A stretch of 64,000 bases of DNA, taken from positions 65,040,001-65,104,000 of the forward strand of contig NC_045696.1 of assembly GCF_009834535.1 (NCBI RefSeq). The letters run 5' to 3'. Shown one piece after another: positions 10,779 to 24,170 of the stretch. This DNA is from Camelus ferus (lineage: Eukaryota). The number at the start of each line of letters is the position of its first letter. Within the stretch, counting starts at the first letter, position 1. The translations under genes were made by a program, and so were the position numbers. A model generated the notes under the pieces. The model had not been told where the DNA came from. It was given only the letters and a program-made list of their open reading frames with translations, and made no database searches.

Positions 10779-13700
10779 CTGACAAGGTATCCAGCTAAGT
10801 TTCTCATAGGATTTAAGCTGAGCCTTGAAGGATTAGGACATGGGAAACTCGGAGGGAACAGGATTCAGGTGGATGGAAATGGAAAACTGTGATATCATCA
10901 TTGTGCACTAGGTCATCTATTTTACTAGATGCCACAAACCTTAAAGTCAGCAAATACTGCTGGTTTGTCATTTTATCCCTTGAAACTCCTAGCGAAATCT
11001 TTTACATATAATACGAGCTACGTTCGTATTTATTGTTGCATGTAATCATCCTTATTTGTAGCAGGTAAACATATTTAAATTGGTTTTCAGAGTAAGAAAC
11101 AACTTTATCATCAGAAAATCATCTCAATTCAGTGAAAAGTTGAGGTTCCTAGGTAGATGTGTGGAATTAGGGAAAACCAGGCAAGTCATCATAGCCTTAG
11201 ACTAACACTGATTTCACTTATCTTTTCTGAATGACAATTATTTTCACTACCGGGCTAGAAAAATCCAAAAAGCTCTCCAATATATGATAAAAAGATATAA
11301 GATTCATCACTCATTGTGCTTCTATTGAATAACAAACATATGGAAGAATCAAGCATGAATGCACCTGTTTTTCCCTATTTCCTCTGAGCCTTCAGCACTC
11401 TAATGGATTTCCGTAAGGGTAGGGATTTAACCTGCACAAAGTCTATGAAAAATTTATAAGACAACTTTCCTTGTTGAGTTCTGTTCTGCCGGCAAGGCTG
11501 GATCGTGAACTTCCATGAAGAGACTTCATTATTTCTGAGATCTCCATCCCTGCACACTCACTGTCAAATACAGCTCCTTTGCCTTTTATTCTACCCCGCT
11601 CCCACAAAGCCTTCAGATACTCACTGGGCTTTCCAACCTTAAACTTACTTGTGATTTGAGTTTACATGGTTGGCAGGATTAGCAATCTGTCACCCACTTG
11701 GAGAGCTCTTGGCTTGGGTAAGCTCCACACAATTAATAGTTTTGCCCCAAATTGGTATTAAAAGAGCAGACTGAGTTGCAGTAACTTCCCCCATCATCAT
11801 TCTTTTCACTAAAATTCAGTGTAGGAGTTCAGAGATTTGTCTTTAGTTTCTTAGTTGGAAAAACATTGAAATGTTTTTGAAATCTATTGAAATCAGTAGT
11901 TCTGAGATACCGTAGTTCTGAGTAATACAAACAAAATAAATTCGTTTTTATCATTTTTTCCTTACCATTAATCTTCAATGGTGTTATCGCGAGTGCTATC
12001 ATTTATATACAAGCCAAACAGAGAATGGAAAAGAGCTAGCATGTCATTCATCCTCTAGATATTTATTGGGCTTGACTGATATTTTGAGTCATGCACACTT
12101 CTAGATGCTCTACGTGGACATTATGTCTTTTGCAAGTAGGAAGACTGGGACAAGTTCTGCACTGAGCAGGCTCTTTGGGATTGGGACTTTGATCCGCATG
12201 ACTCTGAAACCTCGGCTCTTTCCAGGACGCTGGGCTGCCTTCTCAACTGAGTACCGTTTGTAGGCAATTTACTTCCCATTAGATTTGGGAGAATTAGATT
12301 AGCTTAGGCTTGACTTGGCATGAGTCACAGCACAGCACTTTACAAAGATTGCCATTGATGGTGTTTTTCAGAAGGATTACGTGTGGGGTGACCAGAGGAT
12401 CACTGAGTTAAACTTCGGAACCGTCAGGAACCGTTGGAGCTGCTGTCGGATGATGGAAAGAGCAAGATATTTACTTGTAATAGAAAGACCTTGGATTCAT
12501 CCCCAGCTTCACTTCCATCTAGGAGGCTTCCTTGCCGGAGCCTCCATTTACAGAGCTGCCTAGTGGCAGGGTTTTTATGCACATCAAAGAAGATAACTGA
12601 AGTATTTCCATTTAATGAAATTTCTTTTTCTTTTAGTCCTGCCCTCTTATTTTCCAGATAACAAAACTGAGGTCTGGAGAAAAAAAAAAAAGAAATCAAC
12701 GCATCCCTGCAGATACAGATCATTAGAGAAACAAGTAGAGCTTACAGATTAATAGATAAACTCGTTCCTTATCCATTACCTTCATGGTTAGTGGGAAGGA
12801 GCGGCCATGCATCTTAAAGTCTGAGTTTCAAAAATATGCCCTTGTGAATGGAAAGTCATAAGAAAAAGGAAAGATATATTTGATTCACTACTGAATTCTC
12901 GAGGTATTATGTGAGTATTTGTTTAGAGTCAGCTAGGTCTGAGGCATTCAGCGGTGGAGTGAATCTACAAGTCCATCTAAGAAATTAGCTCTGCATTTAA
13001 TAAAAAGCAGTGGGCAGTCAGTACTGAGTTTGGTCTGTTTTCTGCTGGTCAGTAATTCATATCCTACGAGCTGATTAATGTAGTCTTGCTATATGATTGT
13101 TTTCTACTTTTACATCCATCACCTTTTGCTGTAACAACCCTAAATATATGAAAATACAAATTTAAAGTGTTTATTCTGAGCTCTACACAGCACATCATAA
13201 CTCATAACGTCATCTTCTCTCAATGCTGCTGATGCTCTGACTCTTGATTTTTAAATATTAGCTTAGTAAAAAAGGGACCTGTCACCTGTCCAAATAGTCG
13301 TTTTCAGATATTTTATGCATTTCAAGGTTTATTCAGCACGACTGAAAGCTGCATCAATAATATATCAACAGCATTTAAAATAAAGAGAATTCAGAATTCT
13401 GTCAGAGATAATTGCCAGGGCCTGAGAGAATGGTATAGGTTTTTCCTTCACAATAAAATTAATCAAGGGTACTATTCCAGGTAAACTTTCAGTTTTTCAT
13501 ATTTAATCAAAATTTAGCAATGTCTAGAGACTATAAATCTAAACTATTTTATTCAGGTGCTCAAAGATTAGAAAGGTAAATGATTTTCTTAAGTAGGTCA
13601 CCCTTAATTTAAAGTGTTTAGTTTTATTAAAGCTTTAATTCTCATTTTGGAAATTTTGAGACCATATCTACTAACCTTATTTTTCAATTCTATTTTCACT

Positions 13701-14354
13701 ATCTGAGAGGTCATCTTTCCTGATATAAGGAATTAATCTAATTTGTCATTCGTTGCATTTTAGGGCTTCCTCCTGTTCTTTTAAAATTATACACTGAGGC
13801 TTTTAACCTTATGAATATAAAAAATAAAGCGATAAAAAGGAAGAAAGCTTTTTATTCTACCTGAAATTTCAGGTCAATCTGACATAAGATCTTATCACAA
13901 TTAACCATAGAAGCACAAGAATATTAAATAAAAACCTTTTGATTTTTCTATTCTGAGAATCTTCAGGTGCATTGGAATTATTGTTACTGAGAGTTTCTTA
14001 CTATTAGCTCTGCATCAAAGGCATATGTTCTCTTTAATTTTTGCCAGATTATATTATCATCATTATTTCTCAAGGTATATTTTACATATTTGTCTTTTAG
14101 CCAATGAACTAAGTATTCGAAGGCAATTCCTGCTCTCCAATGATATGAAGTATAAAATATGCCAGAGTGATGCAAGAAAACTTAAACAAAAGAAACCCCA
14201 TAAATCAACATACTCTTGATTTGTAGGGAAATGGCCTAAGTAGAATATGAAAGAGTAACAGCAAATATGTGTCTGTGTGAATAGGTGGCCATGGAGACAC
14301 CTACATTTCACATCACATGACTGAGATAGTCACACATTCCTAAAATTGGACAAT

Positions 14355-14465
14355 GACATTGTTAAAATGTGTATCTGATTAAGTAAGTCTGGAGTAGGGG
14401 CTGGGATTCCTCAGTTCAGTTCAGTTCCTAGGGATGTTGTTATGGTTGCGCTGTTGAGGTAGCAA
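14355..14465. mobile_element. MER5-like hAT MITE fragment
   Basis: tgttaaaatg...ctgattaagtaagtctggagtaggggctgggattc. Confidence 0.5.
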
Positions 14466-14585
14466 CGTATTAGGTAATAAGCTCCACCACAAGCACAGCA
14501 TTTTAAATACTGCAACATTCTTTCTCACATAATGTTTCATCTAATTTTTACAGCAGTTACATAGGACATGTGAAAGGAGATATAT

Positions 14586-14920
14586 CTACAAATGAACTTA
14601 TTTGCAAACTGGAAATAAAGTCACAGACATAGAAAAACTATGGTTACCAAAGGGGAAAAGAGTGGGGGTGGGGCAGGGGGTAAATTAGATGATTGGAATT
14701 AACATAAACACATTTCTACATATAAAACATATAAACAACAAGGACCTACTGTAGAGCACAGGGAACTATATTCAATATCTTATAATAACCTATAATGGAA
14801 AAGAACCTGAAAAAGAATATATATACACACACGTATATGTATAACTGAGTCACTTTGCTGTACATCTGAAACTAGCACAACATTGTAAATCAACTATACT
14901 TCGGTTTAAAAATTTTTTTA
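14586..14920 (+). mobile_element. 5'-truncated cetartiodactyl-type L1 3' end with TSD, inserted into a minus-strand MIR
   Basis: aacaaggacctactgtagagcacagggaactatattcaatatcttataataacctataatggaaaagaa; TSD aaaggagatatat (14573-14585) and aaaggagatacat (14921-14933); the MIR core attttgcagatgagaaaactaa resumes at about 14936. Confidence 0.9.
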
Positions 14921-17749
14921 AAAGGAGATACATTTATTTTGCAGATGAGAAAACTAAAGTAAACTTGACTTTTTCAAACTTTTCAAGTGTGTTACTAGTC
15001 TGTAAATACGGTACAAGAACTCTATTCAGACTCTGTGAACAGATCTTTTTCATTCATATAATGTTCCAAAGCTGTATGAGAATAATATGTCTTAGTTTAT
15101 ATTCCTTAATTATCCAGATTGTTTATAACACCCATTTTCATATTTTTCGTAAGAATTTATATTGACTTTATTTTATGCTATTTGAATTGATTTTCTCAGT
15201 CTGCAGATCTGTTATTAATTTTCAAAATTGTTGTACTGTGTTATTTAGTAATAAGTGATATTTGGCTTCTATCCTGATAACACTATTTTGAAAACAATTT
15301 TAGAAATAAAAATTTGTAATTATCAGGACATACAGGATTATCTAATACACAGTTATGAGGTGATAGAAAAACATTGGAGCCAAAATAGCTGCATACAAAT
15401 TTTAGGCTCCTCCATGTCCTGTGTGAATGAGGACAGGCAGTTTAAAAAAAAAACAAATGTGAAGGATTCCTGAAGCACAACTGAAAGAAGAAATCATTTT
15501 TTGTTTTCTCACCAATTCTTGTTCTATATAGTAAATAAACACTATGCCAATATGGCTTGGTAAGGTAGAAAGACATTTTAGGGTTTAAATCTCTGTCTTC
15601 TATCAGTTAATTCTGTGTGCTTAACCCTCCAGTGCTCAGGGGGTTTTTGTAATTTCATTAATTTAGATTCATAGAATTTATTGTGCTGTCACACTGTGCC
15701 GGATGCCAGGCTGCTTATGCTTGGGATAGGAACATCCTTGCTCTCAAAGCACTCCTAGTTGTGGTTTGGAGACTCTCACAATACAGCTGGAAAGTTTTGG
15801 ATCCACTAAAATGCAGATTATGCTGCCTATGTAACTTACAAAATTACAGTGAGAATAGAGTAGATTAACCGAAGAAACAAGATTGAGCTCTGGAAACTTA
15901 CCAACTCTCATAATGCCTGGTTTCCCTGCTTGCTTTTCTCTCAAGTACAGAGTTAGACACAGAATTCTTAACGTATAACTATTTAGTTGTACTAAATAGT
16001 TACTTAAATAAGGTAACCGATGCTAGAATGTAAATCGGTGGAGCAAGTGATATTCTTTAATATCAGTCTTGACGGTTCTGATGCCCTGAGCAAACATGGA
16101 TTGTAGATTCCGTTGGAGTATGACTCTCCAGTTTTAGTAGAATTTTTTCCCTTGGATTCTGCTTTTATCTTTAATACTACAACATTGTATCATTTCTTAT
16201 TCTGGAGGGGAAAAAATGCCCCAGGGCATTGTGATGGTGATAAAGTTCCCATTATTTTTAAGGATCTCACCTGTGTTTGCTGTGCCAAGGTGATGAGCCT
16301 TGACAGGTTGACTTGGCAGCCTTGCTGAACAGACAGAATATAGTTGTGATGAGAGTAGAGTTCGTTACATTTAACCTATTTTAGTTTCTACTCAGCATTA
16401 CTGTCTGTAATGCAGTGTGTGGCATGACTAAGTGTATATAGACGCTTAGCAGAATGATGATGTCAGGACTTAGAGTTTACCTTGATGGTAACTGACATAC
16501 ACTTGATGTCCTCTCTAATCATTTGTTTACTTCCTATAAACAAATGACATTTTAAAGTAATATATGCTCTTGTCGAAAATATGGAAAAGTAGAAAGTAGA
16601 AACTGAAAGTTTGTTCATTAAAAAAATGTTTCCCTCTCACTCTTGCAGTTCTCTTTCAGTGCTTCTCAATTTTCATTTTTGCTAAAGTTTAATCCATATT
16701 AAGTACCAATGGAAAATAATGACTACGTATCATGGACTTCAAGGAGTAGTAGTTGACCTGTATTTGTCAATGATGGGTAGTTGGGAATGTCTCCGTTTCT
16801 AGGCTTTGTTTTGATTTTCGGTCAGTTTTTCCTCCAGCTGCATATGCTTAGTTACCTCCTGTTAAACTTCCTGTGGTGTGATAGATTTCTAAGAAAAACT
16901 GAATTTTAGCTTTACCAGGTAGAAGGTAATATTTTCTCTCTGGTTGAACAGTTTTCAATGTTCCAATACTCAGATAAAGGGGAGCAGAGGAAGCGATCAA
17001 TACACATATCAGATACTGGCTCTATTTACTAGTCTGCTTCTGGAGAGGGAGAAAATGGAACCAGCATCCTCATAGGAACAGAGGGAAGGATATTGCATAA
17101 GCTAAGGGCAGAGGCACAGGATATGGGATTAAGTTTCTAAATGTGAGTAAGTACAAGAGCTGCGCTTCCTGTGTTTTACCTCTCTTTCTATAATTGCTGC
17201 TAAAATAGTTATTTTACTGATTGCAGCTTGAGAACACAGGCGAGTTGGTAAGACTGGATAAGCTCTGCTTATTCATCCCTTTATTGTAGATGCGTGTGTC
17301 TCTGCATGTGGTTTTTGTGTGCAGTGTGCTTAGGTGTGTATTTATTTATTTATGGCTGCAGTAATGGCATATTTTATGATATTTTTGCAAAGGACAGAAT
17401 CCTGCTTTATTCCTATTTTAAGGACTTCCACATGCTCATGTTTCAAATAAAGATGGCTGCATGGAAAAATTAAGGCATACTGTGATTTTGAGAAAAAAAA
17501 GTTTGCTCTCTTAGCGTTCAAGTATGGAGTAAGGACATTGTGTGACACGTTATAGGAATTGCACAGAAAGCAAAGATATACGAAATATGCTTTAAACCAG
17601 GGGAAAACAAATGCTAGTACTTGGGAAGAACAATGGTCCACTTAGGCTAGGGAGTAGGACACACAAAGAGGGGCTACAGAAGAATGAGTATCATGTGCCA
17701 GGTTGGAGGTTTAGAGGCTTCATTGAGACGATGAGGAGCCATTGGAGTC

Positions 17750-18410
17750 TTTGTCTGAGATAAAGTCATATAACAAAAAATTCACCCTTTTCAGGTGAAC
17801 AGTGTAATGAATTTTAGCATATTCACAAGTTTGTACAACATCATCATTACCTAATTCTAGAACATTTTTCTCTCCCCTCAAAAGCCCATCCCCATTAATA
17901 GTCACTCCCCTACTCCATCCTCTCCCAGCCCCTGGCCACCGCTAATTTACTTTCTGTCTCTATAGATTTGCCTACCCTGGACATTTCATAAAAATGAATC
18001 ATACAACAGTAGGCCTTTTGTGTCTGGCTTCTTTCACTGAGCATAAATAATGTTTCTAAGGTTCATTCACGTTGTAGCAAGCATCAGTATTTCATTCCTT
18101 TTCACGGCTGAACAATATTCCATTGTATGAATGTACCACATTTCCTTATTTATGAATCTGTTGATGACCATTTCATCTGTCTCTACTTGTTGGCTATTAT
18201 TAATAATGCTATTATGAACATTTGTGCAGAAAGTTTTGTATGAATAGATGTTTTCAGTTCTCTCAGGTACAGATTGAGGAATGGAATTGCTACTCATGTG
18301 GTTCTACATTTTTAAATGTAGAAACTGTCACACTGGTTTCCAAAAGCAGCTATACCATTTTATGTTTCCACCAGCAGTATACAAGGCTTTCAATTTTTTC
18401 ACTTCCCCTT
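17750..18410 (-). mobile_element. L1MB-type 3' UTR and ORF2 C-terminus
   Basis: ctcccagcccctggccaccgctaatttactttctgtctctatagatttgcct; ORF 18067-18297 contains WYIHTMEYCSAVKRNE, matching the ORF2 C-terminus. Confidence 0.9.
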
Positions 18411-18532
18411 TGGAGGATGAGTACATTGAGGTTCTGAGGAGAAGGGTCAACTCAAGACTTAAGGTAAGTTCAGTTTGGGACATACTGACTTGCTGGCAGG
18501 TTAGCAAGAGGGAGACCCTAAGTAGTTCACTA

Positions 18533-18732
18533 TTTTTTTTCTCTCTCTTTTTTATTGAAACATAGTCTGTTTACAATGTTGTGTCAATTTCTAGTATACA
18601 ACATAATGCTTCAGTCATACATATACATATGTATATTCCTTTTCAAATTCTTTTTCATTATGGGTTACTGTAAGGTATTAGATATAGTTCTCTGTGCTCT
18701 ACAGTAGAAGCTTGTTGTTTATCCCTTTTATA
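18533..18732 (-). mobile_element. Young lineage-specific L1 3' end
   Basis: tttattgaaacatagtctgtttacaatgttgtgtcaatttctag...atatagttctctgtgctctacagtag. Confidence 0.9.
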
Positions 18733-18834
18733 CTGTGTTTTTTAATGTGGAATTTTAGCCTTGAGATTGCGCTGGGCTTCATTTCTTCACTTCCTCTAAT
18801 TTGTATTTGTGCAGGTGTGCTCTGTGGTAAAGGG

Positions 18835-18982
18835 CGGGCAGGTGCTAATAAGAAATGAAAAGTCCCGGGGCTTCTTCCAGATGTAGAGGATCAGAATTCT
18901 GCGTGTGGGGTTAGGAATATGTATTTTAACAAGTACGTCAGCTGATTCATTTACCTGCTAGAGATGAAAAACCCCTGCTCTA
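18835..18982. mobile_element. MER5B-like hAT MITE
   Basis: atcagaattctgcgtgtggggttaggaatatgtattttaacaagt...ctgattc...gaaaaacccctgctcta. Confidence 0.65.
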
Positions 18983-19099
18983 ACCTCCCAGCATAGGAAG
19001 GGGTCCTTGCGAGAGCCTCACTGGCAGTACTAACCCTGACTACTCTGGTGATTGTGTACAGTTGAGGACTGACATTCAGGTTCAAGTTTTACCAGCATC

Positions 19100-19255
19100 A
19101 TGCCGGACACTATACATTTTTCATTTTCATTTCATTCTAACAATTTTTTTCATTATAAAAATGAGAAACTTAACCTTGGAGGGTCAAGCACAGGGAACTA
19201 AAAGATGGCAGAATTGAGATCTGAACCCTAAAATGTCACTTCATTTTACCAAGCC
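19100..19255 (-). mobile_element. MIR
   Basis: cattataaaaatgagaaactt...atggcagaattgagatctgaaccc. Confidence 0.6.
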
Positions 19256-19984
19256 ATAGATATAATTTTTATTTACTATATCTAACAAGGGTTACTAGAA
19301 AAGAAAAGAAACATACCTTCTTTCAACTGTGGGCTGGGGTCCCTTTGTGTTTGTTTTTAACTGACTAGAGTAGACATGTAAACTTAAAGGAAAGGGATTC
19401 TACATCATTATCATCATGATCACCATCATCATCCTCCAGAAGCACTTTTCAGGCTCATTTTTGCTGAGCTGTGTTGTGCACTGCACCTTGCAAATATAGA
19501 AATGCTATATCAGTTTGCCTGGTAGTAATAATCGACTTGGGTAATTGGATTTCAGAAAACACTGCAACAACTCTCAGAGTATCTTACAAAATCCCAACCC
19601 TGAGGCAGTCTCTCAGTGGTAGATTTAGGATTGGAGCCAAGGTGACCTTGATTTTGTTGCTAACCAAGCGGCTGTGGGCTTGCAGAATCATAACAACCTA
19701 CTCTGTATATATTTTATCTTTTTTCATTTTATGGGCTATGGAGAAGTGTCTTCTTGAAACAATTTATTACAGTAGACAAGAAGATTTGGAAAAAATATTT
19801 TTGTCACTTTGTAATACTGAATAATGTGACAGCATTATATTATTTGAGTAGTAAATGTAAATAATATGGTGTGCTACATTTTATGTTCTTCGATTAGATT
19901 TTACATTTTTAGCTCCTCGAAGACAGTGATTTTATCTTGGTTCAATTTTATGTTCCTCAATACATTTTGCAGATAATAGATAAT

Positions 19985-20114
19985 TAAGGCAACTATATAA
20001 ATTATCATTCAAACCTGGATAATTTTCAAGTAAAGGGACACCATTAAGAATTTTGCCAGAATTTCAGGCAAAAACCAGGACTGTTCTAAGCAAACTGTAT
20101 GTATGGTCACCTTA
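19985..20114. mobile_element. MER94-like hAT-Blackjack MITE
   Basis: About 130 bp with degenerate terminal inverted repeats (taaggcaactata ... tatggtcacctta) and internal aaaccaggactgttctaagcaaact. Confidence 0.7.
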
Positions 20115-22999
20115 AATTAATGAATGCTTTAAAAGCGTACAAATTATTTATTACATCATCAGAGGAACCCAGGGTTAGATCTCATGAACTGCATCAGACC
20201 TGACATTAGAAACCATAAACGATTGCTCATGATCCATTAGTGTATTCTTTAGTTCTGTATTTTAAGAGCAACTTGGTGGCAGAAATAGAAGGCAGCTAAA
20301 GAATAATGTGAAAATGAAAACCCAGATAGAACAGAATCTGTGTGTGAATATTTACTTGTTAACTATTTCTTTTACCATTCCCAAAATAGAATTTTTAAAA
20401 ATGCATTCTGCTTCAGAAGAGCGCTTTGTGTTGTTTTTAAGTGTAGTCACTGTAAGTTTCCTAGGTAACCTGTAATATTCAGTGTTCAGGCGCCTTTGAT
20501 GGGTAAAATGTGTTGAAGGTACAAAGCTATTAGAAACTGGTTTCATCTTAGACAATTCCAAGATTCCTCTAATGTGATTTTATTTGATCTGAAAATATTG
20601 ATGATCTTGATTCACTCCACTAAGCTACCTACCTCTGTTCTAAGGGAAAGTATGGCCAGAAGGCAGCGCAGAATGTACAGGGAGGAAAGAAAGATGGTCT
20701 AGCCAGCCGAAAAGAAAGGGAAAAATGTCTGGAGGAGATTCTAAGCTGCATCAAGATGCAGATATAGTCTTAATTCAACATTTATTTTTCTGAGCTCAAA
20801 TACCTAGTTATTTTTGCAGGAAAGATAAATGAAAGTGTGTTGAGTTTCAGCCTGTGTTTAAAAAGAGCCAGAATGAGCAGTCATTTTGGTGACAATAGGA
20901 GCCAAGCTGGTTGACTGAATACATTTTACATTTTCCAACCTGTTGTATCAGGATGAATTGAAAGGTACCAGCCAATGTACTCATAAAAATACCTTTGAAT
21001 TTTTGCCTGTGTCATATACCATAAAAGTATCATGTGTTGATACAGCCTCTTTATCTTTTAGCACAGAGAAAAGAAAAGACATTTTCACAGTTCAGTTAAT
21101 ATCTGCCAATTCTAGGCCCCAGGGAACACCGCACTAAAGGAATGTAAAATATGGTGTATGAGAACAAATACCAGTTATTATTTATTCCCATTGGGTTCCC
21201 AGATGCTGACGTTTTAGTACTGAAAGAAGAAATCTGGAAGTCAAGAATAATTATGTCCAAGGAGTTTATAAAATCTTCACAATAAACGCAAAGGTATCTG
21301 ATACGGAAGCTGATTCTCCACTGGATGTTCTAGTGAGCTGTTCTCAGCCAGAGAACCTTATCTGAGTCTCTCCAGTAGAGGTGGTTATCATGAATATTGT
21401 GTCTCGGGGTCTTTTTTTTTTAATCTGAAGAGAACAAAAACCTGCCTTTCATTGATTTTCCTTCACCTACCCAGTTAGTACTAAGTTATTTCCACATTCT
21501 CATCCTATTCAATGTGGCCCCATCAGATTTTCCAGTCCCATCTCCCACTTCCTTTCTCAGTTTACTTAAATTCTGTCCCAGTTTATCATTAACGCCTGAA
21601 TGTGCATCACACTTGGCATTTCTCTCTCTCTCTTTTTGCCTCTATGATTTCTCTTTGTACTACACCTTTTCTGATCAAAATTAAGTTTGAATTATTAGGC
21701 ATTTCAAATGCCTATCTTTTTTTCTTTTACCAAAAAGAAAAGACATTTCTTTTATCTTTCCTTTTTAACCTGTATTGCTCTTGTTTTGTTTTGTTGTGTT
21801 TATGTGTTTTATTTTTGTTTTATTTCTCCAAATTCTTACACCATGTAGCTTTATGGTATTCAAATTACAATTGTTGTTTTATAATTGTTTATCCTACCTT
21901 TATACTGTTAGTCATCACTGGAAACAAGGATTGCTGTCAAGTACCTTAGTAATATATTTTCCGATATTTTATGTTTGTTGACCTGAAATTGCATTAGAAT
22001 TTTAGATTTCTAAAATTTGAACTATATTTCTTTCTGTATATTATCCATGCACATTGTTTTTCCAGTTTGCTCCATCTTTTAAGTTGTCCTGAGTCACTTC
22101 ATCTAAAATTTTGTTATTTGAAGGGCCATTTATGATGTTCTGAAGACCTAGGCACTTGGTTCCTGTGCTTTTGATATTTCTTTCACTCTCTCACACCTCT
22201 GGTGCTTGAGATGTGTCATAAAGATATCAAATACCTCCCTGGGCTGTCATGATGCCCACAGACACACTGGAATCTCCCATGAGTAAGGTCTATGGCTCAT
22301 GAAACAAGCCCCATTAAACTTTAATTACTATTAGGAAAGCATAACATTTAAACTTAGTTACAATTTTCCCATTGGCTGATCTCTGGAACATGCAAGATGT
22401 TTAGAAGGAAAAAAAATACTAATCATGTAAAAATAGTGGAGTTAGTGTTGGGATTGGAGTTTTATCAAAGAGAAAGCCTCCCCCTACTCAAATAAGAGGG
22501 GATCCAGAAAATCGCATGTTCATGATAGCATCCAAGTAGCACCAAAGGTAGACTGAACTCTTGGCTTGACTAAGACTCTGTCTTATCCCATTACCAATAA
22601 TTGTCCCTTCACTTCATCATCTCATAGAATCACGTAAATGTGTTAATTTGCTCCTTTGTCTTTCACATGCTTGGGTCAAAGATGTTTTAAGGTACATGTC
22701 CAGAGGACTTCACTGTGTCTCATTTCACCTGATAAAGAATGTGATGATAGGGGAACCACCTGGAAGATGGAAAGGAGAGGTTTCCCAAATTTTCCTTTTC
22801 ATTAAACTATTGGAATATTAAATACCATGTTTCTAATTGTCTTTTAATCCTTTAAAGGAACTTTTTGAAAACATATCTGTGTCTAGATTTTTAGGATATT
22901 GCTTATTCATTGAACCAATATATTTACCAATCATCTAGAGCTTAGCATAGTTCTTAGTTCATAGAAGACAATTATTAATCTTTTGTTCACTGAGTAGAT

Positions 23000-23670
23000 G
23001 CAGGCTAGTTCCTGACTGACTGGGAATATGTATTGTGTGTGTATCTCAGTACATCAAGTGATGGATGTATGAGGAGAGGGATGAAAACCTGAAGTAGGAT
23101 AGATTAGGTAAAACCTTTCAATTTGATGATCAGGGAAGACTTCAGGGGGAATTAATGTTTGAGACGGTTACAATGTGATAAAAATTTGGAGTAGTTAACA
23201 AAAGATGAAATTTGGACAATCCAAGTGGAAGGAAAGCATAAGGTAAGACAGTGTTAAAAATAAATACGGAGTAGGAAATTTTAAGGGATGGTAAATCATT
23301 TAGAGTTTAAGGTTGGAAGAGAAGTGGGATGGTGAGAGAAAGGTGCAGGAAGGTAGGCAGGAACCAGGTCATGGAGGGCCTTTGATGCTGGCCATAGTAG
23401 ATGGAACTTACTCAATGGTGAGTCATTGAGGATTTCGGAGCTGAGGGAGTTTATGACCTGGCTTGCACTGTAGGAAGATTAAACTGCCAGCAGTATATGT
23501 GATGGATTGGAGTGAGTAGGTCCTAGAGGCAGGGAAGCTAGTTAGGAAACAGTTTCAGTCGTGAAGATAGGAAGTAATAAGAGCTGAACTGGAAAGCAGC
23601 AGTGGGACTGTAAAGAAAGAATGTTTGTGAGTAATACTGAGAGGGTAGCATTAGCACCAGAAAGGAAAAT
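23000..23670 (-). mobile_element. L2 fragment
   Basis: Purine-rich tract with gaaggtaggcaggaaccaggtcatggagggcctt and ctagaggcagggaagctagttaggaa. Confidence 0.7.
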
Positions 23671-23894
23671 GATGCCTGAAGCTTGGTTAGGTGTCCTTTT
23701 TGTCCAAATCTGAAACAGGAAATTTACATTTATCTGTTATAAATACAAACAGAAAGATTCGGTATAGGAAAATGGTAGTTAACTCAGTTAGGGGTCTTCA
23801 AATGCAAACTAATGTACAAGGTAGGTCACTTAATTAAGTGCAGACAAGCTACAAAAACCAGTAGAGATCTGTGGGATCTATGTTACAGTGCAGG

Positions 23895-24170
23895 AGTTGA
23901 GGGTGCACCAGAATCACCTGGAAGGCTCGGTAAAACTCCGAGTTTAAGGTTGAAAGAGAAGTGGATGGTAAGAGAAGAGGTAGGAAGATCGACAGGGAAC
24001 CAGGTCCTGGAGGGTCTTTGATACTGGCTGGAGGACATTCTTCCTGCTCTCAGAGTTTCTTGTTAAAAGAACATTGTGTAGGTCTGTGTGTGGCCTGATA
24101 ATTTGCATTTCTAACGTATTCCAAGGTGATGTTGATGTTGCTAGTCAACTACTTTGAGGAATTTTACTAT
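23895..24170. mobile_element. MER5A with an internal insertion of about 90 bp (23940-24028)
   Basis: gtgcaccagaatcacctggaaggctcggtaaaac ... cagagtttct ... gtaggtctgtgtgtggcctgataatttgcatttctaac...ggtgatgttgatgttgct. Confidence 0.8.

Noticed and set aside
11009..11031. loxP-like palindrome aatacga-N7-tcgtatt
   Set aside because: Arms are only 7 bp and do not match the loxP arrangement; expected by chance
16454..16495. C/D box snoRNA (ATGATGA ... CTGA)
   Set aside because: Only about 42 nt from box C to box D, too short, with no convincing terminal stem
21230..22250. Possible processed pseudogene or unknown LINE
   Set aside because: Strand-skewed composition suggests very old LINE debris, but the part I translated gave no recognisable peptide or family
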